Source: Acaryochloris marina MBIC11017
Lineage (GTDB): Bacteria; Cyanobacteriota; Cyanobacteriia; Thermosynechococcales; Thermosynechococcaceae
Assembly (NCBI RefSeq): GCF_000018105.1
Contig: NC_009925.1
Span: forward strand, 1,350,001 to 1,382,000
Direction: 5' to 3'
DNA: 32,000 nt
Made by a program: the position numbers and the translations under genes. Shown here in pieces: positions 23,675-32,000 of this stretch. Position 1 is the stretch's first letter; every line of letters begins with the position of its first letter. Below the pieces are notes generated by a model. It was not told the origin of the DNA. It ran no database searches and saw only the letters and a list, made by a program, of their open reading frames with translations.

Positions 23675-25099
23675 TCAAATATTTGAGTCCCACGGGTGAG
23701 TCATTTGCACCGGTTGCACAGATTGATCGAATTCTTCAGCCGTTAGAAAGCCAAGGGCGACGCAAGTTTCTCGTAAGGTTTGGCCCGTTTGATACGCTTG
23801 TTTCGCAACTTGTGCTGCCCGGTCGTAACCAATTTGAGGCGTTAGCGCTGTCACCAACATCAATGACTGATTCAGGTAGGTTTCTATTTGCGACAAGTTG
23901 GGTTGAACACCAACAACCAGATAGGTTTTGAACGCATCACAGGCATCCGAAAGAATGCGAATAGAGTGCAAAAGATTGTGAATAATCACTGGCTTAAAGA
24001 CATTCAGCTCTAGGTTACCCTGACTCCCCGCAAAACTAATCGCTGTGTCATTACCAATCACCTGAGCGCAAACCATCGTTAACGCTTCACACTGAGTTGG
24101 ATTCACCTTTCCAGGCATAATGGACGACCCTGGTTCATTGGCTGGCAAGCTTAACTCCCCCAATCCACAGCGAGGTCCCGACGCCATCCAGCGCAAGTCA
24201 TTGGCAATCTTGACCAAACTACAAGCCAAGGTTTTTAGCGCACCACTCGTCATCACTAAAGCATCATGGGCAGCCAGTCCTGCAAATTTATTCGGGGCAG
24301 TCACAAAGGGCAAACCCGTCAATTCTGCAATTTGGTCAGCAACTCGCTTTGCGAACTCAGGGTGAGTATTCAATCCAGTCCCCACAGCCGTTCCCCCCAA
24401 AACCAATTCATACAGGTGTGGCAATGTATGCTGGAGTCGCGTTAGATTTTGTTCCAATTGAGCAACATATCCCGAAAACTCTTGTCCTAACGTTAGTGGC
24501 ACAGCATCCATCAAATGAGTACGGCCAATTTTGACAATTCCATCAAATTCTCCAGCCTTGGTCCCTAAGGCATCGCGAAGGTCAGTCACCTGAGGAATCA
24601 ATTGATGGACAAGTTGCTCCAAAGCTGCAATATGCATAGCGGTCGGAAACACATCATTCGATGACTGAGACAGATTGACATGATCATTGGGATGACAAGG
24701 ATCTTTACTCCCCAATTGACCATTCGCTAGCTCAATAGCGCGATTGGCAATCACCTCATTGGCATTCATATTGGATTGAGTGCCACTGCCGGTCTGCCAC
24801 ACCCGTAAAGGGAACTGATCATCCCATCGACCATTCACCACTTCGGTGGCAGCCTCAACAATCAAGTTAGCCACCTCTGGGGACAGGCGATCCAAAGTCA
24901 AATTCACTTTTGCTGCCGCTTGCTTAACCAGGCCCAAGGCACGAATCATCGCCCTCGGCATTTTGTCATCGCCTATCGCAAAATATTTTAGAGACCGTTG
25001 AGTTTGTGCGCCCCAATAACAATCACTCGGCACCTCAACGCTGCCCATACTATCGGTTTCAATCCGCACTTTATCGTTACGCTGAGATAGTTGAGACAT
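23675..25099 (-). CDS. fumC: Fumarate hydratase, class II
   Basis: The ORF track starts at 25153. ATG 25099 gives [24 protein letters not shown], the usual FumC N-terminus. The signature [16 protein letters not shown] is present, and [12 protein letters not shown] and SSNDVFPTA are also conserved. Confidence 0.92.
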   Translation of the reverse strand: MSQLSQRNDKVRIETDSMGSVEVPSDCYWGAQTQRSLKYFAIGDDKMPRAMIRALGLVKQAAAKVNLTLDRLSPEVANLIVEAATEVVNGRWDDQFPLRVWQTGSGTQSNMNANEVIANRAIELANGQLGSKDPCHPNDHVNLSQSSNDVFPTAMHIAALEQLVHQLIPQVTDLRDALGTKAGEFDGIVKIGRTHLMDAVPLTLGQEFSGYVAQLEQNLTRLQHTLPHLYELVLGGTAVGTGLNTHPEFAKRVADQIAELTGLPFVTAPNKFAGLAAHDALVMTSGALKTLACSLVKIANDLRWMASGPRCGLGELSLPANEPGSSIMPGKVNPTQCEALTMVCAQVIGNDTAISFAGSQGNLELNVFKPVIIHNLLHSIRILSDACDAFKTYLVVGVQPNLSQIETYLNQSLMLVTALTPQIGYDRAAQVAKQAYQTGQTLRETCVALGFLTAEEFDQSVQPVQMTHPWDSNI

Positions 25100-25382
25100 G
25101 CGTAGTTCGGCCTTTTTTCGAGAAATGTCAGCAAATTTTAGAGTATGGTACAACCATACGTTAACGTGGGTATCCTGACTGAGAGGGTGAGTTCAGGCAA
25201 CTTACACGTTCAGTTTTTTGCATCATCCTTCATAATCTAATGGTGTTATTGAAGCTGTAATGGTTCGAACCGGAAGATGTTGATTGTGCCCAAAAAAGTG
25301 GGTATCCTCCCAACAGAACAAAGCCTCAAACATTAGGTTTAATTATTTCCATATTGTTATTCAGCCTGTAGCGGACATACCT

Positions 25383-26471
25383 GTGGTGACTTCATTAAAA
25401 AGTCTGTTTTCGAATTCGAATCAGGGGGTAGGCGTAGAGTTAACCCCAGACAGCGTGAATATCGTTCAACTTAAGCAACAAAAGCAGGGGACAAACCTCA
25501 ATACTTTTGCGGCAATTCCTATTCCGGAAGGTGCTTTTCAAGATGGACGGATTACAGATCCAGACGCCATTGCCGATGCCCTTCGTCAAGGAATTACAGA
25601 ACATAAAATCAAAGCCAAAGCTGCCATATGCGCCGTTCCCATTGGTGAAGCTGTCATTCGGTTGATTCGTTTACCGGCCGAACTGGACGAAATGGAACTG
25701 CGGGATATGGTTCTTAATCAAGAAGCAGCCATATATTTGCCCTTTCCTCGGGAAGAAGCAGATGTTGACTTTCAACGGTTAGGAACAGACATCGATGAGG
25801 ATGGCATTGAACGAGTCGAAGTACTTCTCGTTGCCACGCCAAAAGACATTACTGAAAATTACCTCAATGTTTTCCAACAGGCAGGTCTAGATCTGAAGGT
25901 TCTAGAAGTCAGTAGTTTTTCCTTAATCAGAACGCTGCGAAATCAACTCCTCCAATTTATGGAAGGAGAAGCAGTGGCACTGGTGAATATAGATTTTGAT
26001 GGTACTGAAATTAGTATCGTCATGGATGGTATTCCTCAATTTAATCGTAAGGTCCCCATTGGCACTCATCATCTTCAAAATGCGTTGAGTCGGGCGATGA
26101 ACCTGCCTGGCGCAATGGGGGCAGATTTATTGCAAGGGATGACCGTTCCTTTAGATGTAACGGACAACACCGCCAATAATCCCAGCTCTGCTGCCATCCT
26201 GAGAATGTTAAGCGATTTATCGGATGAACTTCGCCGTTCCATCGACTTCTACTTAAACCAGGGTGAAAATTTAGATATTACGCAAGTCTTTGTATCAGGA
26301 CCAGGTGCCAGTTTAGGACAAATTGATGAGTTTTTAACCCAGCGTTTAGGACTGACAACAACATTAGTCGATCCAATTAGCTCGCTCGGCATTCAAAATT
26401 CAGACAGTATTCCGATGGCTCAACGTCCTGCCTTAAGTGTTGTTATGGGTCTTGGGATGCGGGAGGTATAA
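25383..26471 (+). CDS. pilM: Type IV pilus assembly ATPase-fold protein PilM
   Basis: The ORF track starts at TTG 25284. GTG at 25383 or 25386 gives (V)VTSLKSLFSNSNQGVGVELTPDSVNIVQLK, typical of PilM N-termini. It is first in a pilMNOQ order. The exact start is uncertain. Confidence 0.85.
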   Translation: MVTSLKSLFSNSNQGVGVELTPDSVNIVQLKQQKQGTNLNTFAAIPIPEGAFQDGRITDPDAIADALRQGITEHKIKAKAAICAVPIGEAVIRLIRLPAELDEMELRDMVLNQEAAIYLPFPREEADVDFQRLGTDIDEDGIERVEVLLVATPKDITENYLNVFQQAGLDLKVLEVSSFSLIRTLRNQLLQFMEGEAVALVNIDFDGTEISIVMDGIPQFNRKVPIGTHHLQNALSRAMNLPGAMGADLLQGMTVPLDVTDNTANNPSSAAILRMLSDLSDELRRSIDFYLNQGENLDITQVFVSGPGASLGQIDEFLTQRLGLTTTLVDPISSLGIQNSDSIPMAQRPALSVVMGLGMREV

Positions 26472-26475
26472 GTGC

Positions 26476-27228
26476 ATGTATTCAATTGATATCAACCTAT
26501 TAAATGATCGCCCAGAATATGGTCAACAAGTTGTCTCTTCTGCCAGCTATGACAGTGATGATAAAACACCATTATTTATCGGCTTGGGTGTGGGTGGAGC
26601 AGCCTTAGGGTTAGTTCTCATTGGCTTTGGCGTCATGTCCTTCTTAAATCAGCAGTTAGTAGCTGAAGAAGAGAATCTAGATAGTGAGCTGGCACTGTTA
26701 GCACCAAAGTTAGCTGAGGTCGACGATCTTAAATTGCAAGAACGGCAAGTGAAAGAGGAAACCAAAGCATTAGCAACGATTTTTAACCAAATCAAGCCTT
26801 GGTCAGCGACCTTACAAGATATCCGAGACCGTGTCCCACCTACCTTGCAGGTGACAAAAATTCAGCAAAAGGCTGCAACACCCCCTGCACAGGCAGGACA
26901 ACCGAATGCCCAAGCAGCCACCGTCGCCGCTTTATCAGCACCGACGCAGTTGACGATTACCGGCAACGCTATTTCCTTTAACGATGTCAATGACTTTGTG
27001 TTGACCTTGAGAAAATCTCCCTTTCTGACCGTAGCGCAAACACAGCTGATGTCATCTGAGCGCAAAACGGATCAGAAAACTCAGGTTTCATTAGTTCAAC
27101 ATCAATTGGAAACCACAATTAATGATGTTCCAGCGTCCGAATTACTACAAATTCTGAACGCAAAAGGTGCATCTGGATTAGCTGCCCGAATTGGGGCGCT
27201 GAAGCAAAAAGGAGTAATGAATCCATGA
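26476..27228 (+). CDS. pilN: Type IV pilus assembly protein PilN
   Basis: ATG 26476 is preceded by gggagg (26461-26466), 4 nt after the pilM stop. The N-terminus MYSIDINLLNDRPE carries the INLL PilM-binding motif and is followed by a single TM helix. Confidence 0.8.
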   Translation: MYSIDINLLNDRPEYGQQVVSSASYDSDDKTPLFIGLGVGGAALGLVLIGFGVMSFLNQQLVAEEENLDSELALLAPKLAEVDDLKLQERQVKEETKALATIFNQIKPWSATLQDIRDRVPPTLQVTKIQQKAATPPAQAGQPNAQAATVAALSAPTQLTITGNAISFNDVNDFVLTLRKSPFLTVAQTQLMSSERKTDQKTQVSLVQHQLETTINDVPASELLQILNAKGASGLAARIGALKQKGVMNP

Positions 27229-27944
27229 CGGCCACTGGCGGATTTGCAAGAGAAGACGAACTCTTGGGACCTTCTTATCCCACTTTATTTGGGATTACTT
27301 TTACCCCCACGGTATCAGGAATTTTGGCAGCTGTTGTTGGTGTAGGCCTAGCAGCATATGTCGGGACTCAGCTTGTCTCACCCAAATATGCTGAATACCA
27401 AGAGCTTCAAGAATCTGTTACACAAAAAACAAATGATTTAGAACAAAAAGAAGCCACTACCCAACGAGTAGACGAGATCATAGAGCGACTTAATCGTGCA
27501 AAGCGAGAGAATAAAGAGGTTCGAACTCTTTTCTCTGATCAGCAAGCATTGGATACGTTGCTATTAGATTTAAATCGCGTAATTGTTTCTAGTAATGCTG
27601 AATTGCAGACGTTTAAGCCTGATTATGGCAAGTCTGGCATTGTAACCGATAGCTCCTTAGGAGCATCCTTAAATAGCAAGATCAAACGGCAAGTCACTTC
27701 AGTCTCTTTTCAAGGAACGTTCAACCAAACTTTGCAAATTATGCAAGCCATTGATCGCCTGCAAACTGTTTTGGTCGTTCGCGACTTATCGATGGAGCTA
27801 CAAAAGCCAACCGAATTTGGCCCTCGCAATCTTGTGAAGTCTACCTTTAATTTGCATGCTTATGTGCCCTTGAGTGCAGAAGAAGCTGCTGTTGCTGCTC
27901 AGGCTGCTGCCGCAAAAGCCAAACCAGAGGCCAAGACGAATTAA
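27225..27944 (+). CDS. pilO: Type IV pilus assembly protein PilO
   Basis: ATGA overlap with the pilN stop (27225-27228). Single TM helix (GILAAVVGVGLAAYVGTQLV), then a coiled-coil and a C-terminal domain. Positioned between pilN and pilQ. Confidence 0.75.
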   Translation: MTATGGFAREDELLGPSYPTLFGITFTPTVSGILAAVVGVGLAAYVGTQLVSPKYAEYQELQESVTQKTNDLEQKEATTQRVDEIIERLNRAKRENKEVRTLFSDQQALDTLLLDLNRVIVSSNAELQTFKPDYGKSGIVTDSSLGASLNSKIKRQVTSVSFQGTFNQTLQIMQAIDRLQTVLVVRDLSMELQKPTEFGPRNLVKSTFNLHAYVPLSAEEAAVAAQAAAAKAKPEAKTN

Positions 27945-28042
27945 ATGCAATAGATTCATTTAATCGCTACCGCCTAAGCTGCAACCTGCAGCTACATCTA
28001 CAACGAACAGTCATCATTAATTATTAAATAGAGGAGTGTAGG

Positions 28043-30091
28043 GTGAACTCGTATCAAGGAAAACCCGGAATTATTATAGGCTGCACTGCAGCTGCACTAG
28101 GCGCAATGATTCAGCCAGTATGGGCTGCTGAAACTGAAGTCACCAATGTTCAACTCAATCCCACCTCAAAGGGATTTGAACTCGTACTCGGAACTCAAGG
28201 TGATAACCGCCCTCCCATTTTTACGGTCAATCGAGGCAATACATCCGTTTCAGACGTCAGCAATTCTCTCTTACGGCTACCAGAGGCAGGCCCATTTCAA
28301 CAGAAAGATCCGGCTCCTGGCATTAAATTCGTTGAAGTTCGACAATTAGATCCTGATACGGTCAGAATTACAGTAGAAGGAGTCCATTCTGCTCCTATTG
28401 CCGAAACGATTCGCAACGACAATCGGGATGGTGTTTTAGCCATTAAATTTGATGGTGCGCCTGGTAGTACGGATTCAGTCGCAACATCGTCTCAGCCCTC
28501 CAATCTTCGCTCTCGAGCTAGTGCTGTCCCTCCCTTTAGAAGTCGGGCAAAGGCTCCACCTGTTGGAGATATAGCAATTGCCCCATTGAATGTTGAGCCT
28601 GAACGCATCGATCTTGGCAGCGATCAAATCATTCCTAAGTTGTTGCTACGTGAAGCCCCTGTTCGTGAGGTATTAACACTCTTGGGCCGTGCCGCTAATG
28701 TGAACGTCGCTTTCGCGGAAGATGGAGGAGACGGAGAAGAAGGAGCTTCCGCCTCATCTACCATCACATTAGACATCGAGAATGAATCTGTTGATGATGT
28801 CTTTAACTACGTCTTACGCTTATCTGGGATGCAAGCTAACCGGGTCGGTCAAACGGTCTTTGTCGGCAAAACGCTACCAGGTGATGCCCAAAACCGGGTT
28901 GTGAGAACAATTCGTCTGAATCAACTTAAGGCAACAGCGAAGATCACAAGATCAAGTTCATTCACCAATGAAGCAGAAACTGGAGCCAATATCACACCTA
29001 CTGGTGCCGATAATGACGCTTCTACTCCTCAAACAGGTATAAAACGAGAAAATTCTGTTAAGGAAGAGATTGAATCACTAGGAGCAAAAGAACTCCTTGA
29101 GAATTATGGTGCCAATGGTGGCAGCTCAGAAGGAAGTAGCGCTAGCTTATTGGAAGGTTTGGAAGTCGTTGCTGATGCCCGGACTAATACCATCACCCTA
29201 ATCGGGACTCCCCGAAAAGTGGAAACAGCAACAGCCCTGCTGACAAGAATGGATGTGCGTCAGCGTCAGGTAGCTATTAATGTCAAATTTATTGATGTCA
29301 ATTTGCTGAAAGGTAAACTTTCCAACGCAGATCTACAGTTTAGAGCTAATGACTCCTTAGGGATTGGTTTTAGACCAGATGCTAATGGCAGAGGTGGCTT
29401 AACTTCAATCTTTGGATCAGGCACTGTTCCTATTGTAGGTAGCGGCTTGTTCACCTTAACTGAAACCTTTTTAGGTAATTTGTTTGTATCAATACAAAAT
29501 AATGATGCCAAAATCCTAACGAACCCAACTTTATTAGTACAAGAAGGTAGTTCAGCTCAGGTCAATCTAACTGAGCAAGTTTTCACAGGCTTTGTACAAA
29601 GAGTTTCAAGTTCAGGAAGTACAGCAGGTGCCACTACTGATTCAACTAGTACTGAACCCAACATTCAAAATGCAGGAGTTATTCTAAACGTTGTAGTAGA
29701 TCACATTGATGACAATGGGTTTGTGACGTTGAATCTATCACCGGAAGTCAGCTCTCTATCAGGGAGAACTTTTGTTGATGCTCTATCAGGAGATACCGCT
29801 TTCCTCTTACAGCAACGCCGAGTTGAAACAGGAAAAGTTCGTTTGCGAGATGGTCAAACAATAGTATTAACTGGAATCATTCAAGATCAAGATAGAGTTG
29901 ATGTTAGCAAAGTGCCTATCTTAGGGGATATCCCATTATTGGGTCGGCTCTTCCGACGTGAAAATAAAACTAGACAGAGAAGTGAATTAGTTGTGCTAGT
30001 GACTCCGCAGATTGTGGATGATTCGGATCAAACCACTTATGGTTATCGCTATACACCCGGCGAAGAATCCCAAAAGCTTCTGAATCCCTAG
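28043..30091 (+). CDS. pilQ: Type IV pilus secretin PilQ (AMIN domain + secretin domain)
   Basis: GTG 28043 with gaggag at 28031-28036. Signal peptide, then an AMIN-like N-terminal domain (VTNVQLNPTSKGFELVL...VRITVEG). The C-terminal secretin signature is VPILGDIPLLGRLFRRENKTRQRSELVVLVTPQIV. Confidence 0.9.
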   Translation: MNSYQGKPGIIIGCTAAALGAMIQPVWAAETEVTNVQLNPTSKGFELVLGTQGDNRPPIFTVNRGNTSVSDVSNSLLRLPEAGPFQQKDPAPGIKFVEVRQLDPDTVRITVEGVHSAPIAETIRNDNRDGVLAIKFDGAPGSTDSVATSSQPSNLRSRASAVPPFRSRAKAPPVGDIAIAPLNVEPERIDLGSDQIIPKLLLREAPVREVLTLLGRAANVNVAFAEDGGDGEEGASASSTITLDIENESVDDVFNYVLRLSGMQANRVGQTVFVGKTLPGDAQNRVVRTIRLNQLKATAKITRSSSFTNEAETGANITPTGADNDASTPQTGIKRENSVKEEIESLGAKELLENYGANGGSSEGSSASLLEGLEVVADARTNTITLIGTPRKVETATALLTRMDVRQRQVAINVKFIDVNLLKGKLSNADLQFRANDSLGIGFRPDANGRGGLTSIFGSGTVPIVGSGLFTLTETFLGNLFVSIQNNDAKILTNPTLLVQEGSSAQVNLTEQVFTGFVQRVSSSGSTAGATTDSTSTEPNIQNAGVILNVVVDHIDDNGFVTLNLSPEVSSLSGRTFVDALSGDTAFLLQQRRVETGKVRLRDGQTIVLTGIIQDQDRVDVSKVPILGDIPLLGRLFRRENKTRQRSELVVLVTPQIVDDSDQTTYGYRYTPGEESQKLLNP

Positions 30092-30109
30092 TTCGCACTA
30101 AGAATCATA

Positions 30110-30148
30110 AAAGTACCCCTCATCTTGAAGCAAGATGAGGGGTACTTT
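30110..30148. terminator. Bidirectional intrinsic terminator between convergent pilQ and rpe
   Basis: Perfect 18-bp stem aaagtacccctcatcttg (30110-30127) / caagatgaggggtacttt (30131-30148) with a 3-nt loop. A/T runs flank it on both strands (tttt on the minus-strand reading, ttt at on the plus). Confidence 0.8.
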
Positions 30149-30174
30149 ATATGGAATATAAAAAATATTTGGAA

Positions 30175-30882
30175 TTAGGCTGTAACTAATTCGGGTTCAG
30201 GACGTTTGCTGTTACGAATGGCTTTGATAGTTTCAGCATAGTCATCTGCTTTAAACACCGCTGAACCAGCCACAATAGCATTTGCTCCGGCTTCAAGTAC
30301 TTGCCAAGTATTGTTCGCTTTGAGACCACCATCCACTTCAATCCAAGGATCTAGACCACGTTCATCACACATTTGGCGAAGTTGACGGATTTTGGGCAGT
30401 ACTCCTGGAATGAAACTTTGTCCGCCAAAACCTGGGTTAACACTCATGATCAAAACCAGATCACAGAGTTCTAAAACGTAATCAATCTGTTCTAGAGACG
30501 TGCCCGGGTTCAAAACTACACCTGCCATCTTGCCCAGTTCTTTAATTTGGCCTAAGGCGCGATGAAGGTGGGTTGTGGCACTTGCTTCAGCGTGAACTGA
30601 AATGATATCCGCCCCTGCTTTAGCAAAATCGGCAACATATCGATCTGGTTCCACAATCATCAAGTGAACATCCAAAGGCTTCTGAGTAACCGGGCGTAGC
30701 GCATCCACGATCAAGGGACCAATAGTGATGTTCGGAACAAAACGACCATCCATAACATCAACATGAATCCAGTCTGCCCCTGCTTTATCGACGGCTCGAA
30801 CTTCCTCACCTAAACGGCTAAAATCCGCAGATAGGATAGACGGAGAGATGACGGTCGATTTGGGTGAAGAAGATAGAGTCAT
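30175..30882 (-). CDS. rpe: Ribulose-phosphate 3-epimerase
   Basis: 235-aa ORF with [49 protein letters not shown] and VDGG. Confidence 0.93.
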   Translation of the reverse strand: MTLSSSPKSTVISPSILSADFSRLGEEVRAVDKAGADWIHVDVMDGRFVPNITIGPLIVDALRPVTQKPLDVHLMIVEPDRYVADFAKAGADIISVHAEASATTHLHRALGQIKELGKMAGVVLNPGTSLEQIDYVLELCDLVLIMSVNPGFGGQSFIPGVLPKIRQLRQMCDERGLDPWIEVDGGLKANNTWQVLEAGANAIVAGSAVFKADDYAETIKAIRNSKRPEPELVTA

Positions 30883-31016
30883 GGTAAAAGATCCGGTGAT
30901 GACGACTGCTTAAAGAGGCAAATTTTAAAAACTTGAGCACTTTCGCAGTAACCAGTTTAACAAAATCTTCAACTTTGACCTAACCCCGATTCTTAATCAA
31001 ACCCTGATGTCATCGG

Positions 31017-32000
31017 TTAAGCATAGGTCTGTTGGGCAATTTGAATCGCTTTGCGGCGGGCTTCGATGATTTCATCCATCTCTCTTGCCAGTTGGGGGGT
31101 GCGTTCAATCAAAACCTGCATGGCTTCGATTTCTAAAATCATGACATCCACATCACTCAGAGCAACAACGGAGTTAGAACTCGGTTCTCTAGAGAGTAAA
31201 GCTGTGGCCCCAAAAAAATCTCCTTTGGATAACCTCAGCACTTCTTGGTCATGGTTGGTTTGGCTCAAGACGTTCATCTGGACCTGCCCAGTCAACAGAA
31301 AGTGCAGATTTACCTCTTCCTGTCCTTGATAGATAATACGCTCGCCTTTGCCAAAGGATTTAAAGTCTGCATTGGTCACCAGTTTCTCCAAGACTTCTGT
31401 ATGGGTAGTGATGAAACAGGGTAGCGATCGCAACTCCGTAATAATCCGATTCGTACCGCCATTCAACTCAGGTTTGGGGGGGCGTTCATGAATCAGAGTG
31501 CGGATGGGAAATGGAATCGTTAAGCCATGGCGTTGGGCAGCATACCAAACCCGAGTCATAAATGCATCGCGGATCTCGGGCACCCGATCATAGTCTCGCA
31601 AATATAAACGGACATAGTAATTAATGGATGAATCCCCATAGGCACTAGTTTGGATAATCGGTTCTGGATCCGATAAGACACCTGGTGTTTCTAGAGCCGC
31701 TTGCCGGATCACCTGCTTAACCTTATTGGGTGGGTCATCGTAGGAAAACCCCAATTCCATCGGTTCCCCATGCAACGATTGGGGGCGTCGATAGTTATAG
31801 AACACTTCCTTGGCCAATACAGAGTTGGGCACAATCAGCATTTCTTTATTGCGGGTAATCAAATGGACTGCACGCCAATTGATCTCAATCACCTTGCCGA
31901 CCGTGTCCCCAAACTTGAGCCAATCGCCAATCACAAAGGGGCGGCCAAACAGCAGCGCAATTCCTGAAAACAAGTTGCCGAGGGTATCTTGCAGGGCCAA
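31017..32000 (-). CDS. MscS-family mechanosensitive channel with C-terminal cyclic-nucleotide-binding domain (partial, N-terminus beyond the window)
   Basis: The ORF is open to the window edge. MscS core: LGNLFSGIALLFGRPFVIGDWLKFGD.VGKVIEINWRAVHLITRNKEMLIVPNS. The C-terminal cNMP-binding fold carries GERIIYQGQE...LSKGDFFGATALLSREPSSNSVVA. Confidence 0.85.
   Translation of the reverse strand: MALQDTLGNLFSGIALLFGRPFVIGDWLKFGDTVGKVIEINWRAVHLITRNKEMLIVPNSVLAKEVFYNYRRPQSLHGEPMELGFSYDDPPNKVKQVIRQAALETPGVLSDPEPIIQTSAYGDSSINYYVRLYLRDYDRVPEIRDAFMTRVWYAAQRHGLTIPFPIRTLIHERPPKPELNGGTNRIITELRSLPCFITTHTEVLEKLVTNADFKSFGKGERIIYQGQEEVNLHFLLTGQVQMNVLSQTNHDQEVLRLSKGDFFGATALLSREPSSNSVVALSDVDVMILEIEAMQVLIERTPQLAREMDEIIEARRKAIQIAQQTYA

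Noticed and set aside
25262-25271. ggttcgaacc, which resembles a tRNA T-arm/T-loop
   Set aside because: The flanks cannot form a T-stem, acceptor stem or anticodon arm. It is simply a 10-bp palindrome in the fumC-pilM spacer.
1369-31967. Many 60-106-aa ORFs antisense to or out of frame within the large genes. Examples: 1369-1653, 7197-7499, 8596-8847, 10787-11095, 11628-11906, 12649-12897, 13576-13824, 14803-15075, 15107-15367, 15225-15476, 16020-16259, 17026-17319, 17466-17717, 23295-23615, 24120-24534, 26799-27065, 29266-29511, 31051-31329, 31701-31967.
   Set aside because: They are shadow ORFs fully overlapped by well-supported genes. Their composition is biased (Arg/Ser/Pro/Cys-rich) and they carry no recognisable motifs.
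1-32000. Search for mobile elements, CRISPR arrays, prophage, toxin-antitoxin or integrase signatures
   Set aside because: No transposase/integrase-like ORFs, no terminal inverted repeats flanking a gene block, and no regularly spaced direct repeats were seen. Gene content is dominated by conserved metabolic and envelope functions.

Overview
This looks like a core-chromosome segment of a cyanobacterium. Lineage evidence: 15 copies of the HIP1 octamer GCGATCGC counted by eye, a flavodiiron (flv) gene pair with C-terminal flavin-reductase domains, the ferredoxin-thioredoxin reductase variable chain, a GUN4-domain Ser/Thr kinase, a cyanobacteriochrome-type MCP and a pilMNOQ operon. I can support 24 densely packed protein-coding genes on both strands. 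In order: dusB, prlC, Ser/Thr kinase-GUN4, cyanobacteriochrome-MCP, Hpt-like/CheW/REC protein, ftrV, moeA, BrxD-like DUF2791 ATPase, flv1-type, flv3-type, alpha/beta hydrolase, hemD, class I DAHP synthase, LTXXQ-repeat periplasmic protein, SnoaL/NTF2-like protein, LRR protein, unknown secreted protein, fumC, pilM, pilN, pilO, pilQ, rpe, and a partial MscS channel with a cNMP-binding domain. I recognised no rRNA, tRNA, CRISPR array, transposase, integrase or phage genes, so this is not an obvious accessory island. The best candidate for something undescribed is the two-gene unit at 5759-9800. It pairs a single-GAF DXCF cyanobacteriochrome fused to a divergent MCP signalling domain with a 614-aa CheA-remnant/CheV-like protein (Hpt-like + CheW + REC) that has no kinase core. 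No PATAN-REC, CheY, CheW or CheA gene lies nearby, and a tetrapyrrole-domain (GUN4) Ser/Thr kinase sits directly upstream. Secondary points are an orphan BrxD-like P-loop ATPase with no BREX partners, a P-loop-like 38-codon relic ORF in the flv3-flv1 spacer, interlocked inverted repeats after prlC, structured long leaders, and an uneven HIP1 distribution. All domain calls are by-eye motif recognition and no searches were run.
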